Source of the DNA: an uncultured delta proteobacterium
GTDB lineage: Bacteria; Desulfobacterota; Binatia; JACPRU01
Assembly: GCA_963745025.1 (NCBI GenBank)
Contig: CAVUWD010000020.1
Location: 96,001 to 160,000 of the forward strand
Length of the DNA stretch: 64,000 bases
Direction: 5' to 3'
Positions 43,940 to 57,344 of the stretch are shown here, piece by piece; within the stretch, counting starts at the first letter, position 1, and every line of letters starts with the position of its first letter. A program made the position numbers and the translations under genes. The notes under the pieces are model-generated. The model had not been told where the DNA came from and ran no database searches. It was given only the letters and a program-made list of their open reading frames with translations.

Positions 43940-45100
43940 GTGGATCTAAACGGTATCCTGCACCAAGCCATCGAACGCGGAGCATCCGACGTGCATCTGA
44001 AGATCGGCATGCCGCCGACGATTCGCATCCACGGTATCCTCTACCCCCTCGAGGAATCCTCGCCACTCACGCGCGAGGACATGGCGGCGATTCTCGACAT
44101 GCTTCTTGACGAGCACCACCGCGAGCGCTTCCGAAGCCGCATGCAGGTCGACCTCGCCTACCAAACGACGGAGGCGACGCGTTTCCGCGTGAACGTCTTC
44201 CTGCAGCGGGGGGAACCGTCGGTCGCGATGCGGGCGATCCCCGCGCGCATCCGTACGGTCGAGGAGCTGCGCCTGCCGGCGATCGTCAACAAGCTCGCGC
44301 TGGAGAATCGCGGCTTGATCTTGGTGACGGGAACCACCGGAAGCGGCAAGTCGACGACCCTCGCCGCCATGGTCGGCCACATCAACGAGAACTGCTCGAA
44401 CCACATCATCACGATCGAGGACCCGATCGAGTACACGCACGAAGACATCCGCTCGATCGTCTCGCAACGGGAGCTCGGCTACGACGTCACGACCTTCGCC
44501 GACGGCCTGAAGGCCGCGCTCCGGCAGGACCCGGACGTGATCCTGGTCGGCGAGATGCGTGACCTCGAGACGATCGAGACCGCGATCCTCGCTGCCGAGA
44601 CCGGACACCTGGTGCTGTCGACGCTGCACACGCTGGACGCGACGGAAACGATCACGCGAATCGTCTCCAACTTCCCCGAGCACCAGCGCGAGCAGATCCG
44701 GCTCATTCTCGCGAATATCATCCGCGGCATCCTCAGCCAGCGGCTGATGCCGCGTGCCGACGGCCAGGGCATGGTGCCGGCGTGCGAAGTGATGGTGTCG
44801 ACGGCCCGGATCCGCGAATGCATCGCCTCGAAGGAGAAGACGCCCGAGATTCGCGATGCGATCGCGGTCGGGCATTCGAGCTACGGGATGCAGACTTTCG
44901 ATCAGTCGCTGATGGCGCTCTACCGGCGCGGCCTGATCACCTACGAGGAAGCGCTCGCCCAGTCTTCCAACCCCGACGACTTCGCGCTGAAGGTTCGCGG
45001 CGTCGCCTCGACGAGCGACCGACGCTGGGAGGACTTCGAGCGTGCCCCGCAGGACGAAGAGGCCGAGGGGCCGGAGCGGCTGAAGATCGACCGTTTCTAG
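43940..45100 (+). CDS. pilT: Type IV pilus retraction ATPase, PilT/PilU family
   Basis: ASDVHL, RFRVN, GTTGSGKSTT, TIEDPIE, LRQDPDVI.VGEMRD, ETGHLV.STLH, GMQTFDQ. Confidence 0.93.
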   Translation: MDLNGILHQAIERGASDVHLKIGMPPTIRIHGILYPLEESSPLTREDMAAILDMLLDEHHRERFRSRMQVDLAYQTTEATRFRVNVFLQRGEPSVAMRAIPARIRTVEELRLPAIVNKLALENRGLILVTGTTGSGKSTTLAAMVGHINENCSNHIITIEDPIEYTHEDIRSIVSQRELGYDVTTFADGLKAALRQDPDVILVGEMRDLETIETAILAAETGHLVLSTLHTLDATETITRIVSNFPEHQREQIRLILANIIRGILSQRLMPRADGQGMVPACEVMVSTARIRECIASKEKTPEIRDAIAVGHSSYGMQTFDQSLMALYRRGLITYEEALAQSSNPDDFALKVRGVASTSDRRWEDFERAPQDEEAEGPERLKIDRF

Positions 45101-45117
45101 GGAACGTTTCGCAGCTT

Positions 45118-45636
45118 GTGCCAGTTTTCTCTCCGCCCGCCGCGACTGCACGGTTTCGGCGGCCGAAAACCGCACAAACTTCGAAACGTCCCCGACTGAG
45201 TCGCGAGGAGGCCATGGATCTGGCCTTCCGCATGTTGGCGCGCCGGGGCCGGAGCGAGGCCGAAATCGCCGGCGCTCTGAAGCTCCGCGGCGCGTCGGCA
45301 TCGCTCGTACGCGGAGTGCTGGGGAGGCTTCGCACGCTTGGCTATGTCGACGACCACAAATTCGCCGCCGAATGTGCCGAACGATGGAAGCAACGCGGCT
45401 TTGGCTCTCTCCGCATTCAGGATCAGCTCCGCAAGCTCGAGGTCGAGGAAGGAATCGCCGAGAGCGTGAGCCCGGACGCTCGCGAGGAGCGAGAGCTGGC
45501 GCGCGGAATTCTCGCCCGACACTTCGACCCGGCGGATCTCGCCGAGCGGCGCGGGCAGGCGCGTGCCGCGCGCTTTCTCGCGGGGCGGGGCTTTGCGGCA
45601 GAGGTCATCGACAGCCTCTTCGATGTATGGGAATAA
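45118..45636 (+). CDS. recX: Regulatory protein RecX
   Basis: [31 protein letters not shown]; start may be ATG 45214. Confidence 0.9.
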   Translation: MPVFSPPAATARFRRPKTAQTSKRPRLSREEAMDLAFRMLARRGRSEAEIAGALKLRGASASLVRGVLGRLRTLGYVDDHKFAAECAERWKQRGFGSLRIQDQLRKLEVEEGIAESVSPDAREERELARGILARHFDPADLAERRGQARAARFLAGRGFAAEVIDSLFDVWE

Positions 45637-45646
45637 GGAAGGCTTG

Positions 45647-48308
<2,662 letters not shown>

Positions 48309-48312
<4 letters not shown>

Positions 48313-49379
48313 GCGACGACGGATCGACCGAGCTCACATTCGACGATCAACGGCTGATCCATCAGGTCGCCGGCCAGCAAGACGAGCACCTGCGCGCTCT
48401 CGAGCGCCTGCTCGGCGTGCGCATCGCCTCCTCGGCGGGGATGATCCAGATCCAGGGCGACGCCGTGCAGCGCGAGCTCACCAGCCGCGTGGTAAAGCAG
48501 CTCTACGGTCTTCTCGAGAAGGGCTATCCGGTCTATCCGAGCGACGTCGAGTACGCGGTGCGCATCCTCTCGAGCGATCGCGGCGCGAACCTGCGCGACA
48601 TCTTTCTCGACACCATCTACATCTCCGCGCACAAGCGGGTGATCACGCCGAAGAGCCTCAACCAGAAGGTCTACATCGACGCGATCCGCGGCCACGACAT
48701 CGTGTTCGGGATCGGGCCGGCGGGAACGGGCAAGACGTTCCTGGCCATGGCGATGGCCGTCGCTGAGCTCACCAAGAACAACTACGCGCGGATCATCCTC
48801 GCACGTCCCGCCGTGGAAGCGGGGGAGAAGCTCGGCTTCCTCCCCGGCGATCTCGCGGAGAAAGTGAACCCCTATCTGCGCCCGCTCTACGACGCGCTCC
48901 ACGACATGGTCGACTTCGACCGCGCGCGCAAGATGATCGAGCGCGGCACGATCGAGGTCGCACCGCTGGCGTTCATGCGCGGGAGAACGCTGAACGATTC
49001 GTTCGTCATCCTCGACGAGGCGCAGAACACCACGAACGAGCAGATGAAGATGTTCCTCACGCGGCTCGGCTACGGTTCGAAGGCGGTGGTGACCGGCGAC
49101 GTCACGCAAATCGACCTGCCGGCCGGCAAGTCGTCGGGGCTGAAGCACGCGGTGTCGATCCTCGCCGACATCCGCGGCATCCGCTTCATCTACTTCAACG
49201 AGAAGGACGTGGTGCGCCACCGTCTCGTGCAGGACATCATCTCGGCCTACGAGCGCGCGGGCGCTGCCGAAGCGGAAAACCGTGGGGAGGGCGCGAATGG
49301 CGGTCCTCGTGTCGGGAACCATCTCCGCGAAGGGGATCGACCGTCGAGTCCTCGGCCGGAAGGCGAACGTCGTTCTTGA
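48309..49379 (+). CDS. phoH: PhoH family ATPase
   Basis: GPAGTGKT, RPAVEAGEKLGFLPG, FMRGRTL, DEAQN, GDVTQIDL. Confidence 0.95.
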
Positions 49380-49815
49380 GGCGCTCGATCTCGGCGCGTC
49401 CGAGCTGAGCCTCTCGCTCGTCGACGATGCCGAGATCCGCCGGCTCAACCGCGACTATCGCGGCAAGGACCGACCGACGGACGTGCTGTCGTTTTCGCTC
49501 CGCGAAGGCGAGTTCGGGCACGTCTCGAGCGCACTCGGCGATGTCGTCATTTCGCTCGAGACGGCGAAACGCCAAGGGCGTGAGCACGGCTCGACGCTCG
49601 GCGAAGAAGTGAACCGGCTCCTCGTCCACGGCATCCTCCATCTGGCTGGATACGACCACGAGATCTCCTTCCGCGAGGAGCGGCGAATGAAGCGCAAGGA
49701 ACGGGAGATGCTGCGGCGGATCGCAGAATGGTGTATGCGAGAGAAGATGGCTTCGAAGCGGTGCTCGACGCGCCCGAAGCGGCGAAGAAAGGATCTGCAT
49801 GTTCTCGGTAGGTGA
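49297..49815 (+). CDS. ybeY: rRNA maturation endoribonuclease YbeY
   Basis: LNRDYRGKDRPTDVLSF, LGDVVIS, HGILHLAGYDH. Confidence 0.95.
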   Translation: MAVLVSGTISAKGIDRRVLGRKANVVLEALDLGASELSLSLVDDAEIRRLNRDYRGKDRPTDVLSFSLREGEFGHVSSALGDVVISLETAKRQGREHGSTLGEEVNRLLVHGILHLAGYDHEISFREERRMKRKEREMLRRIAEWCMREKMASKRCSTRPKRRRKDLHVLGR

Positions 49816-50903
49816 GATTCGCGACAAGCTCCTCGAGCTCGAGAAGCGTATCCACACGCTCGGGAGGCATCTTTGACGTCACGAGCCTGGAACGTCGGGC
49901 GGCGGAGCTCGCCGAGAAGAGCGCCGCGCCGGATTTCTGGCAAAGCCCGGACAACGCACAGAAGCTCCTGAAGGAGCGCTCGGTACTGCAGTCCACGCTC
50001 GATGCGTGGAAGCGTCTCAGCGGTGGTCTCGGCGACGGCAAGGTCTTTCTCGAGATGGCCGCCGAGGGGGACGAGGAAGGACGAACCGAGGCCGAGTCCA
50101 AAGCGCTCGAGATCGAACAGTTCCTCGGCGAGATGGAGCTCCGCCAGATGCTCGGCGGCGAGCACGATGCCGGCAACGCGATCGTCACGGTGCATCCCGG
50201 TGCGGGCGGCACGGAAGCGCAGGACTGGGCGGAGATGCTGCTCCGCATGTACCTTCGTTGGGCGGAGCGGCGCGGATTCAAGGCCGAGCTCGTCGACGTG
50301 CAGCCCGGGGAGGGCGGCGGGATCAAGAACGCGACCTTCACCGTGGAGGGGCTGTACGCGTACGGTTACCTGCAGGCCGAAGGGGGCATCCACCGCCTGG
50401 TGCGCATCTCGCCGTTCGACGCCAACGCGCGCCGGCATACTTCGTTTGCCTCGGTGTTCGTCTATCCGGAGATCGAGGACGAGATCGAAGTCGACATTCG
50501 CGACGAGGATCTGCGGGTCGACACCTACCGCTCGAGCGGTGCGGGGGGGCAGCACGTCAACAAGACCGACTCGGCCGTGCGCCTCACCCACCTCCCGACC
50601 GGCATCGTCGTCGCCTGCCAGAACGAGCGATCGCAACACAAGAATCGCGCGATGGCGATGAAGATCCTGCGGGCGAGGCTCTACGAGCTCGAGATGGAGA
50701 AGCAGCGGGAGAAGATGACGGAGCTCACCAAGGACAAGAAGGACATCAGCTTCGGCAGCCAGATCCGCTCGTACGTGCTGCACCCCTACCGGCTGGTGAA
50801 GGATCTCCGCACGGGTGTCGAGGTCGGTAACACGGACGCCGTGCTCGACGGCGACATCGATCGGTTCATTCAGGCGTATCTTCTGAAGAAGATCGCGGCG
50901 TAG
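49799..50903 (+). CDS. prfB: Peptide chain release factor 2, programmed +1 frameshift at 49871-49877
   Basis: [25 protein letters not shown] then GGGAGG-CAT-CTT-TGA-C slippery site; SPF and GGQ motifs in +1 frame. Confidence 0.97.
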
Positions 50904-50915
50904 AGAGGCATCCCG

Positions 50916-50941
50916 CTCATGCTGAGCCCGTCGAAGCATGG
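50916..50941. repeat. Single REP-like palindromic element
   Basis: tcatgctgagcccgtcgaagcatg between convergent genes; resembles the widespread CTGAGCTTGTCGAAG-type intergenic repeats. Confidence 0.4.
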
Positions 50942-51059
50942 GCACGCCGCGAGCCGCACGACGCGCCGAGGTTCCGCTCATCGCGCTTCGTGCACCCGAC
51001 ACGCGGCGACCGTCGCGCCGCATTCGCGTCTTTCCAAGCGGTTGCAGCCGGGTCCGGGC

Positions 51060-51815
51060 TCACGCCTCGACTTTGGGTGCGTCTTTGGCCGTGCGCGGTG
51101 CGAGGTCCGAGGCGGGGACGCAGAGGATGCGCTGGCAGCTCGGGCAGAAGACGATGTCCGAATTGCGGTGGATCTGCGTGATGAGCTGGGGCGCAACACG
51201 CATTCGGCAGCCGCCGCAGTCGCCTTCCTTCCGCACCTCGACGACCGCCAGCCCGCCTTTGCGCTCGAAGATCAGCTCGTACCGTCTTCGCAGGCTCTCC
51301 TCGAGCTCCTCGGCGATCCGGGTGCGCTCGGCGGTGAGCCGCTCGAGATCGGCGGCCAATGCAATGCTCCGCTCGGCGTGCTCGTGCTCGCGCTCGGCGA
51401 GCTTCTGCTCAGCAGCGGTGAGCTCCTCCTCGAGCCTCTTCAGCTCTGCCACCTTCGAATCGCCGCCATCGAGAAGGCGGAGCAAGCTCTCCTCGAGCTG
51501 CGTGGAAAGCTCCTTGCTCACCTCGACCTCGCGCCGCAGCGCCGCGAGCTCCTTCTCGTTGCGGATTCGCTGCATCCGCATGCGCCGGTCCTTGGTCTTC
51601 TCTTCCTCGTCGCTGATCCTCGCTTCGATGTCGCGGCTCTGACGCTCGAGCTCCGCCATCTCCTGGCGCTTGGCTTGCGTGACCGATCGTTTGGTGCCGA
51701 CCTCGGTCTTCAGCTCCGAAGCCGCCCCTTCGAGGGCTGAGAGCTCGAGCCGCAGAGCGCGAAGCTCGGTGTCGACGTGTTGGAGTGCGTAGAGCCGTTC
51801 GATGGGGCTAGCCAA
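51060..51815 (-). CDS. Coiled-coil protein with C4-type zinc ribbon (DUF164-like)
   Basis: LYALQ.VD, long coiled coil, CGGCRM and FCPSCQRIL; usual position after the tRNA. Confidence 0.9.
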   Translation of the reverse strand: MASPIERLYALQHVDTELRALRLELSALEGAASELKTEVGTKRSVTQAKRQEMAELERQSRDIEARISDEEEKTKDRRMRMQRIRNEKELAALRREVEVSKELSTQLEESLLRLLDGGDSKVAELKRLEEELTAAEQKLAEREHEHAERSIALAADLERLTAERTRIAEELEESLRRRYELIFERKGGLAVVEVRKEGDCGGCRMRVAPQLITQIHRNSDIVFCPSCQRILCVPASDLAPRTAKDAPKVEA

Positions 51816-51837
51816 TCCTCGTCCTCGACACACGGAA

Positions 51838-51911
51838 TGGGCCCACCAGGATTCGAACCTGGGACCAACCGGTTATGAGCCGGTCGCTCTGACCAGCTGA
51901 GCTATGGGCCC
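51838..51911 (-). tRNA. tRNA with CAT anticodon, most likely tRNA-Ile2 (lysidine)
   Basis: GGGCCCA acceptor stem, ACCGG-CTCATAA-CCGGT anticodon arm, GGTTCGAATCC T-arm; CCA not encoded. Confidence 0.9.
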
Positions 51912-52192
51912 GAGTGAGCCCTGGGGCTATTTGCGGCGGGTTCGGCGTAACGGGTTTTCTTAGCACGGCGATTCGAGAACTCCTAGAGGACCCCCTCATT
52001 CGCTCGCGCCGGGAACGACCTCCGGCGGATTCCAGGACTCCCTCCCACGCTCGTGCGGCTCCACGCGAAATCCGCGACGGAGGGATCCACAGCGGTGCGC
52101 GAAGTCGAAGCCCAGCGGACGCGGGAACGCGAGCGACTGGGGGACGAGCTCGGCGAAGACCTGCTTTCCACGCAGCGGCTCGGCATCGCCGC

Positions 52193-52654
52193 TCAAAGCT
52201 CCCGGCTCATGCGCCGGTGCGGGATTCCCGCCTCGACGTAGGGATCGCCCTCGACGCGAAAGCCGGCGTGCTCGTAAAAGCCGACCACGTATTCCTGCGC
52301 GGAGAGCTCGGCTCGGCGGGGCCCACTCTGGCGGGCGAGCTCGAGCGCGGCCTCGAGAAGCCGTCTGCCGACGCCGAGGCGACGCTTCGGCGCGAGCACT
52401 GCCATACGCCCGATCTTCACGGCCGTTGCCCTGGCGAGTGATACCGGCCGATGCTCGGCGTCGAAACCGACGATGCGCACCGTACCGACGGCCGTCCCGC
52501 CGTCCCACGCGAGCAAGTGCCAGGCGATGTCGTCGAGGCCATCCCGCTCGATTGCGTCGGCGATCCCTTGTTCGCCGACGAAGACTCGTTCGCGGATCCG
52601 CCACGCGGCGAGACGCTCTTCGGGAGATTCGGCCTTGCGGACGACGATGCTCAC
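52193..52654 (-). CDS. GNAT family N-acetyltransferase (ElaA/YjcF-like)
   Basis: IRERVFVGEQ, KIGRMAV...RR.GVG, LSAQ, FYEHAGF, EAGIPH..M. Confidence 0.92.
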   Translation of the reverse strand: MSIVVRKAESPEERLAAWRIRERVFVGEQGIADAIERDGLDDIAWHLLAWDGGTAVGTVRIVGFDAEHRPVSLARATAVKIGRMAVLAPKRRLGVGRRLLEAALELARQSGPRRAELSAQEYVVGFYEHAGFRVEGDPYVEAGIPHRRMSREL

Positions 52655-54399
52655 GTCGCCGGCTCCGTTCGCGGCTTGGCGGCGGAGAGCTTCAGCTTCT
52701 CGGCGAGGAGCGCCCGCAGTGCTGCCGCGTCTCCGCGGCTCTCCGCCTCGCGGATCTCCTGCGTGAGCGCGCGCAGGCGAGCTTCTCGAGACCGCTCCAC
52801 GAGTCGCGCCACGCAGTCTTCGAGCATCTGCTCGGGCGCTGCGTAGACCTCTTGCTCTCCGAGCCAGGCGCGCGCGACGCGGTCGGCCGCCTCGCGCGGC
52901 AGCTCGCGAACGAGCTCCGTCGGCTCGCCGTCGCAGATGCGGGCGAACAACGCGCGCGCCTCTGCGCTTGCGAAAAGGTCTTCGGCGGACGGCGGTAGTC
53001 GGCGCCGCAGCTCGCGGTCGATCAAGAGGAGCTCGAGGATCCTGAGCTCTTGGGTCGAGAGCGAGACCAGCGGCGCCGACGACGGGGCGGCTCGCGCGGG
53101 GAGGGGGTCCGGCACGAGCCGCACCGCGCTTCGCCGCTGCAGCTGCTCTTCCGGCAGACCCAGGTACTCCGCGGCGCGCCGACGCAAGAGCCCCGTGAAG
53201 ATCGGATTCTCAAACCTCTCGCAGAGCGCGGCGACCTCCTGTGCCGCGCGCGCCCGAGCAGCGAGCGATGCGTCGGGCGCCGCGAGCGAATGCAGGTAAT
53301 GATCGATGAGCGGCGAGGAGCGCGCCAGGATCACTTCCATCGCGGGAGCACCCTCCTGGCTCACGAACGTGTCGGGGTCGTGTCCCTCGGGGAGAAACGC
53401 CGCTTCGGCGAAGATGCCGACCTCGGCGAACACCGTGAAGGCACGCGCCGCCGCGGCAACTCCGGCTCGGTCGCCGTCGAAGAGCACGAGGAACTCGTCG
53501 GTGAAGCGCTTCAGCAGCCGGATCTGATCGCTCGTCAGCGACGTGCCGAGCGGCGCGACGACGTTGCGAATCTCCGCCTGCGCGAGGGCGATCACGTCGA
53601 CGTACCCTTCGACGAGCACGACGCGCCGCTTTTCGTTGATCGCATCCCGAGCCGCCGCCAGGCCGAACACCGAGCGCCGCTTCTGGAAGAGCGAGGACTC
53701 GGGGGAATTGAGATATTTCGGCTGTCCCTCGACCGACGCGAGCAGCCGACCGCCGAACGCGATCGTCTTGCCGGAGAGGTCGGTGATCGGGAACATGAGC
53801 CGGCTGCGGAAGCGATCGAACCAGCCGCCGCCGCGCGTCGACTTGCCGATCAGTCCGAGGGACTCTGCGTCCTCGAGCGGCGCCTTGACGTTCTCGAGCG
53901 CGCGCGCGAGGCCGTCCGGTGGTGCGTAGCCGAGACCGAACGCTCGAGACGTGTCCTCGCGGATCTTCCGCCGCGCGAGATAGTCGCGCGCCGGCGCGCC
54001 CGCAGGACTCTCCCAGAGCGCGCGCTGGAAGAATTTCATCGCAAACGCGTTGACCCGCAGCAACCGCTCGCGCCCTTGCTCGCGACGCTCCTCGGCCGGC
54101 CGCTTCGGCAGCTCGACCCCGGCCTCGCGTGCCAGGCGCTCGAGCGCCTCCGGGAAAGTCAGGCTGTCCTTGAGCATGAGAAACTTGAAGACGTCGCCGC
54201 TCGCCTGGCAGCCGAAGCAGTAGAACAGCCCGCGCTCCTCGCTCACGCTGAAGGACGGCGTCTTCTCCGAGTGGAAGGGGCAGAGCCCCTGGTGATTGCG
54301 CCCCGTGCGCTTGAGCGCGGTATAGCGCGAGACGAGCTCGACGATGCTCGTCCGCTCGCGGACCTCGGCGATCTTGTCCTCGCCGACCCGTCCGCTCAT
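52651..54399 (-). CDS. dnaG: DNA primase
   Basis: CPFHSEKTPSF, CFGC zinc finger, FGGR, PKYLNSPE, VEGYVDV, DGD.AG, HDPD; ATG 54399. Confidence 0.96.
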   Translation of the reverse strand: MSGRVGEDKIAEVRERTSIVELVSRYTALKRTGRNHQGLCPFHSEKTPSFSVSEERGLFYCFGCQASGDVFKFLMLKDSLTFPEALERLAREAGVELPKRPAEERREQGRERLLRVNAFAMKFFQRALWESPAGAPARDYLARRKIREDTSRAFGLGYAPPDGLARALENVKAPLEDAESLGLIGKSTRGGGWFDRFRSRLMFPITDLSGKTIAFGGRLLASVEGQPKYLNSPESSLFQKRRSVFGLAAARDAINEKRRVVLVEGYVDVIALAQAEIRNVVAPLGTSLTSDQIRLLKRFTDEFLVLFDGDRAGVAAAARAFTVFAEVGIFAEAAFLPEGHDPDTFVSQEGAPAMEVILARSSPLIDHYLHSLAAPDASLAARARAAQEVAALCERFENPIFTGLLRRRAAEYLGLPEEQLQRRSAVRLVPDPLPARAAPSSAPLVSLSTQELRILELLLIDRELRRRLPPSAEDLFASAEARALFARICDGEPTELVRELPREAADRVARAWLGEQEVYAAPEQMLEDCVARLVERSREARLRALTQEIREAESRGDAAALRALLAEKLKLSAAKPRTEPAT

Positions 54400-55019
54400 C
54401 CGGGGTTTGCTCCCGCCGACTTGCCGCGCGGGGGGGGCGGTGTCGGAGTGCCGGACGGTTTCGGAGTGATGAAGCGGTTCAGCGCCTCGCGCGCCTCGAG
54501 CTCCATCTTCGAGTAGGGACGCTGCCAGCTCCCCTTGACGCCAGCGGAGACCCGCGCGATCGCGAATACGTTCCATCCCTCCTCGACCATTGCCGAGAGC
54601 ATCGGCGAGTCCCGCACGCGTTCGGCGAGATCGGGGAGGCCACGGCGCGACGTCACCAGCATGCAGAACAGTGCGCTCATCGCGATTGCCTTCACGCCGC
54701 CGAACACCAGCCCGCCGGCCCGGTCGACCGGCCCGAGGAACATCGCGCGCGCGAGTCGGTAGAGGATCCAGCCGAGGAGCTGGCATCCGAGATAGAGCGC
54801 GGCGAAGATTCCGAGAGCCGCCAGCGTCTGGCCGATCGCCAGCGGCAACATGTACCGGGCGCTGACGACTGGACCGTAGATCGGCCCGAAGAGGTAGGCC
54901 GCGACGCCGGCGCCGAGCCAGGCGGCGAGACCGAAGAGCTCGCGAAAGAGGCCTCGGAAGTAGCCGCGGATGCCGAGGAGGAGAACGAGGGCCAGAACGG
55001 CGAAGTCGAGCAGGTTCAC
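54396..55019 (-). CDS. cvpA: CvpA family membrane protein
   Basis: MNLLD....G..RG..RE, DRAGGLVFG..K; four TM segments. Confidence 0.88.
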   Translation of the reverse strand: MNLLDFAVLALVLLLGIRGYFRGLFRELFGLAAWLGAGVAAYLFGPIYGPVVSARYMLPLAIGQTLAALGIFAALYLGCQLLGWILYRLARAMFLGPVDRAGGLVFGGVKAIAMSALFCMLVTSRRGLPDLAERVRDSPMLSAMVEEGWNVFAIARVSAGVKGSWQRPYSKMELEAREALNRFITPKPSGTPTPPPPRGKSAGANPG

Positions 55020-55043
55020 CGCTCTGGGCCCATTCGCGTAAGG

Positions 55044-55241
55044 TCAGTGAAAGCTACGGCTCGCTCGCCGGAGCGCGCGCTTCTTGGCAGCGAGCGCCTT
55101 CTTCTTCTTGCGCACGCTTGGCTTCTCATAATGCTCCCGCTTGCGCAGCTCGGCGAGGATACCCGCCTTTTCACACTGCTTCTTGAATCTACGAATCGCG
55201 CTTTCGATCGGTTCGTTTTCTTTGACCCGAACACCGGGCAT
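55044..55241 (-). CDS. rpsU: 30S ribosomal protein S21
   Basis: [42 protein letters not shown]; GGAGG RBS. Confidence 0.97.
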   Translation of the reverse strand: MPGVRVKENEPIESAIRRFKKQCEKAGILAELRKREHYEKPSVRKKKKALAAKKRALRRASRSFH

Positions 55242-55515
55242 CGACGACTTCACCTCCCTCCCGCATTCCCATGGTCCGATCTTTCGGACCCTTGAGAGGA
55301 ATTTCGTAGTGTCAGAGAAATTCCACCCGGAGTCAAGAATGAAACGGGACTCCCGTGCACGGCTCCTGAAAAACGGCGACCGGTCGCGCGAACCCCTTGA
55401 ACTCGGCGGCTTCGAGACGCTGCCGCTGCGAACGAGCAACTGTGTTCGGGCTTCGCTCGTCGAGATTCGGCTCTCGGCAAAGACCTTCCTCGAGCCGAAA
55501 CGCCGAGAGCGGGAC

Positions 55516-56268
55516 TCACGCGGAGGACGGACGGATCGCGCTCAGGCGGAGCAGGCGCTCGGGGAAGTCGGTGAAGATGCCGTCGACACCGAGAACGGCG
55601 AGCGCTTCGATCTCGCTCGGGCGGTTGACGGACCAGACGCGTACCTCGAGGCCGCGGCGGTGCGCTTCGCTGACTGCCGTCGCCGAGACGAGCGAGCGCT
55701 CGGCGTGGACCGCCTCGGCGCCGAGCTCGGCGGCGAGCGCGAATGCCGCGGTCCACGACTCGCGCGCGTCCGCCAAGACCCCGATCCGCGCGTCGTCGGC
55801 GAGGTCGCGCACCAGGCGCATGCGCGGCGGCGAGAACGACGAGAACACCGTTTCCCGCGAGACGCGCAGGCTGCGTACGATGCCGACGCACTGGATCTCC
55901 AGCCGACCGGGCGCGTCGTGCCCTTTGATCTCGAGATTGATCCCGACGCGGCCGTGCAGGATCTCGACCGCTTCTTCCAGGGTCAGCACCTCTTCTCCGG
56001 CGAACTCGCGCCCGAACCAGAAGCCGGCATCGAGCGCCTTGATTTCCTTCAACGTATGATCCCGCACCCGACCTCTGCCGTTGGTCGTGCGCTCGAGCGT
56101 CTCGTCGTGGATCACGACCACGGCGCCGTCGAGGGTGTTCTGGCAATCGAGCTCGACCATGTCGGCGCCGAGCTCGATCGCCCGCAGAAACGCCGCGCGG
56201 GTGTTCTCCGGGCAGTGTCCCGAGGCGCCGCGGTGAGCGATGCGCAGCAGTCGGGGTCGGTCGGGCAT
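55516..56268 (-). CDS. Glycerophosphodiester phosphodiesterase
   Basis: [37 protein letters not shown]. Confidence 0.93.
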   Translation of the reverse strand: MPDRPRLLRIAHRGASGHCPENTRAAFLRAIELGADMVELDCQNTLDGAVVVIHDETLERTTNGRGRVRDHTLKEIKALDAGFWFGREFAGEEVLTLEEAVEILHGRVGINLEIKGHDAPGRLEIQCVGIVRSLRVSRETVFSSFSPPRMRLVRDLADDARIGVLADARESWTAAFALAAELGAEAVHAERSLVSATAVSEAHRRGLEVRVWSVNRPSEIEALAVLGVDGIFTDFPERLLRLSAIRPSSA

Positions 56269-56366
56269 CGGCGTACTCTACCGGAGAGCGAACATCTTTG
56301 TCAGTCGCTCCCGTTCGTCGCGACGTCGTCTCCCACCTGCTAGCCTACCGAGTTGGGAGCGCGTGT

Positions 56367-56425
56367 CACAGATCGCTCCCGTTGGTCGCGATCCCATCTC
56401 CGAGTATACGTCCTACCGAGTTAGC
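56367..56425 (+). repeat. Dispersed intergenic repeat, copy 2
   Basis: cacagatcgctcccgttggtcgcga...cctaccgagttagc; cctaccgagtt also occurs just upstream (~56344). Confidence 0.85.
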
Positions 56426-56461
56426 GTCGAATCCGATAGCCGTGTATGGCATTCTCGACGC

Positions 56462-57337
56462 ATGCGCCGCTGGCTCGAGCTCTCGACCGAGGTTCCGCCG
56501 GCAGCAGGCGACGCGCTCTCGGCGTGGCTCTTCGATCGCGGTGCGCCCGGGGTGATCGAGGAGTCAGCCGCGGATCATCTGCGCCTGCGCGCCCACTTCG
56601 AAGGCGCGGATCGCGAGCGCGAGCTCGTCGACGCTCTGCGTGGGTTCCTCCGCGAGATCGACGAGTTCTTCCCCGGTGCCGCCGCATCGCGAATCGCCGT
56701 CGCACGCGTCGACGAGGAGGACTGGGCCGAGGGATGGAAGCAGGGATTCCCTCCTCTCGAGGTGGGAGGGCGCTTGCGCGTCCGCACGCCCTGGAGTGCA
56801 CGCGACGATTCGGGACGACACGACGTCGAGATTCTGCCGGCGATGGCCTTCGGTACGGGCCACCACGCCTCGACCCTCGGTTGCCTGCTCGCGCTCGAGG
56901 ACCTCCTCGAATGCGAGGGAGCGCTCTCGCCCGTTCTCGACGTCGGCACGGGAAGCGGCATCCTGGCGATCGCCGCCGCGCGACTCGGCGTCCGAGCGGT
57001 CGCCGCGGTTGACGTCGATCCGGTGGCGGTCGAGGCGGCGGCGGAGAACGCGCGCCGAAACGGCGTCGAGAAGATCATCCGACTACGACGCGGCTCGCTC
57101 GAGGCCGTGATGGGGCACTATCGACTGATCCTCGCGAACCTCTACGCGGGCGCGCTTCGCGAGCTGTTCGCGAGATTCGCCGATCACGCCGAACCGCGTG
57201 GTTGGCTCATCGTCTCGGGGCTTCTCGAGGCCGACCGTGACGCCGTGCGGGAGGCGGCCGTCGCCGAGGACTGGGAACCGAAGAGCGAACGCTGCCTCGA
57301 GGGTTGGATCACGCTCACGTTGCGGCGGGCGTCCTGA
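56462..57337 (+). CDS. prmA: Ribosomal protein L11 methyltransferase
   Basis: EEDWAEGWK, AFGTGHHAST, LDVGTGSGILAI. Confidence 0.94.
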   Translation: MRRWLELSTEVPPAAGDALSAWLFDRGAPGVIEESAADHLRLRAHFEGADRERELVDALRGFLREIDEFFPGAAASRIAVARVDEEDWAEGWKQGFPPLEVGGRLRVRTPWSARDDSGRHDVEILPAMAFGTGHHASTLGCLLALEDLLECEGALSPVLDVGTGSGILAIAAARLGVRAVAAVDVDPVAVEAAAENARRNGVEKIIRLRRGSLEAVMGHYRLILANLYAGALRELFARFADHAEPRGWLIVSGLLEADRDAVREAAVAEDWEPKSERCLEGWITLTLRRAS

Positions 57338-57344
57338 GAGCGGC

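Noticed and set aside
51983-52190. ORFs between the GNAT gene and tRNA
   Set aside because: Low-complexity or start-less frames with no motif; no rpoD remnant recognisable
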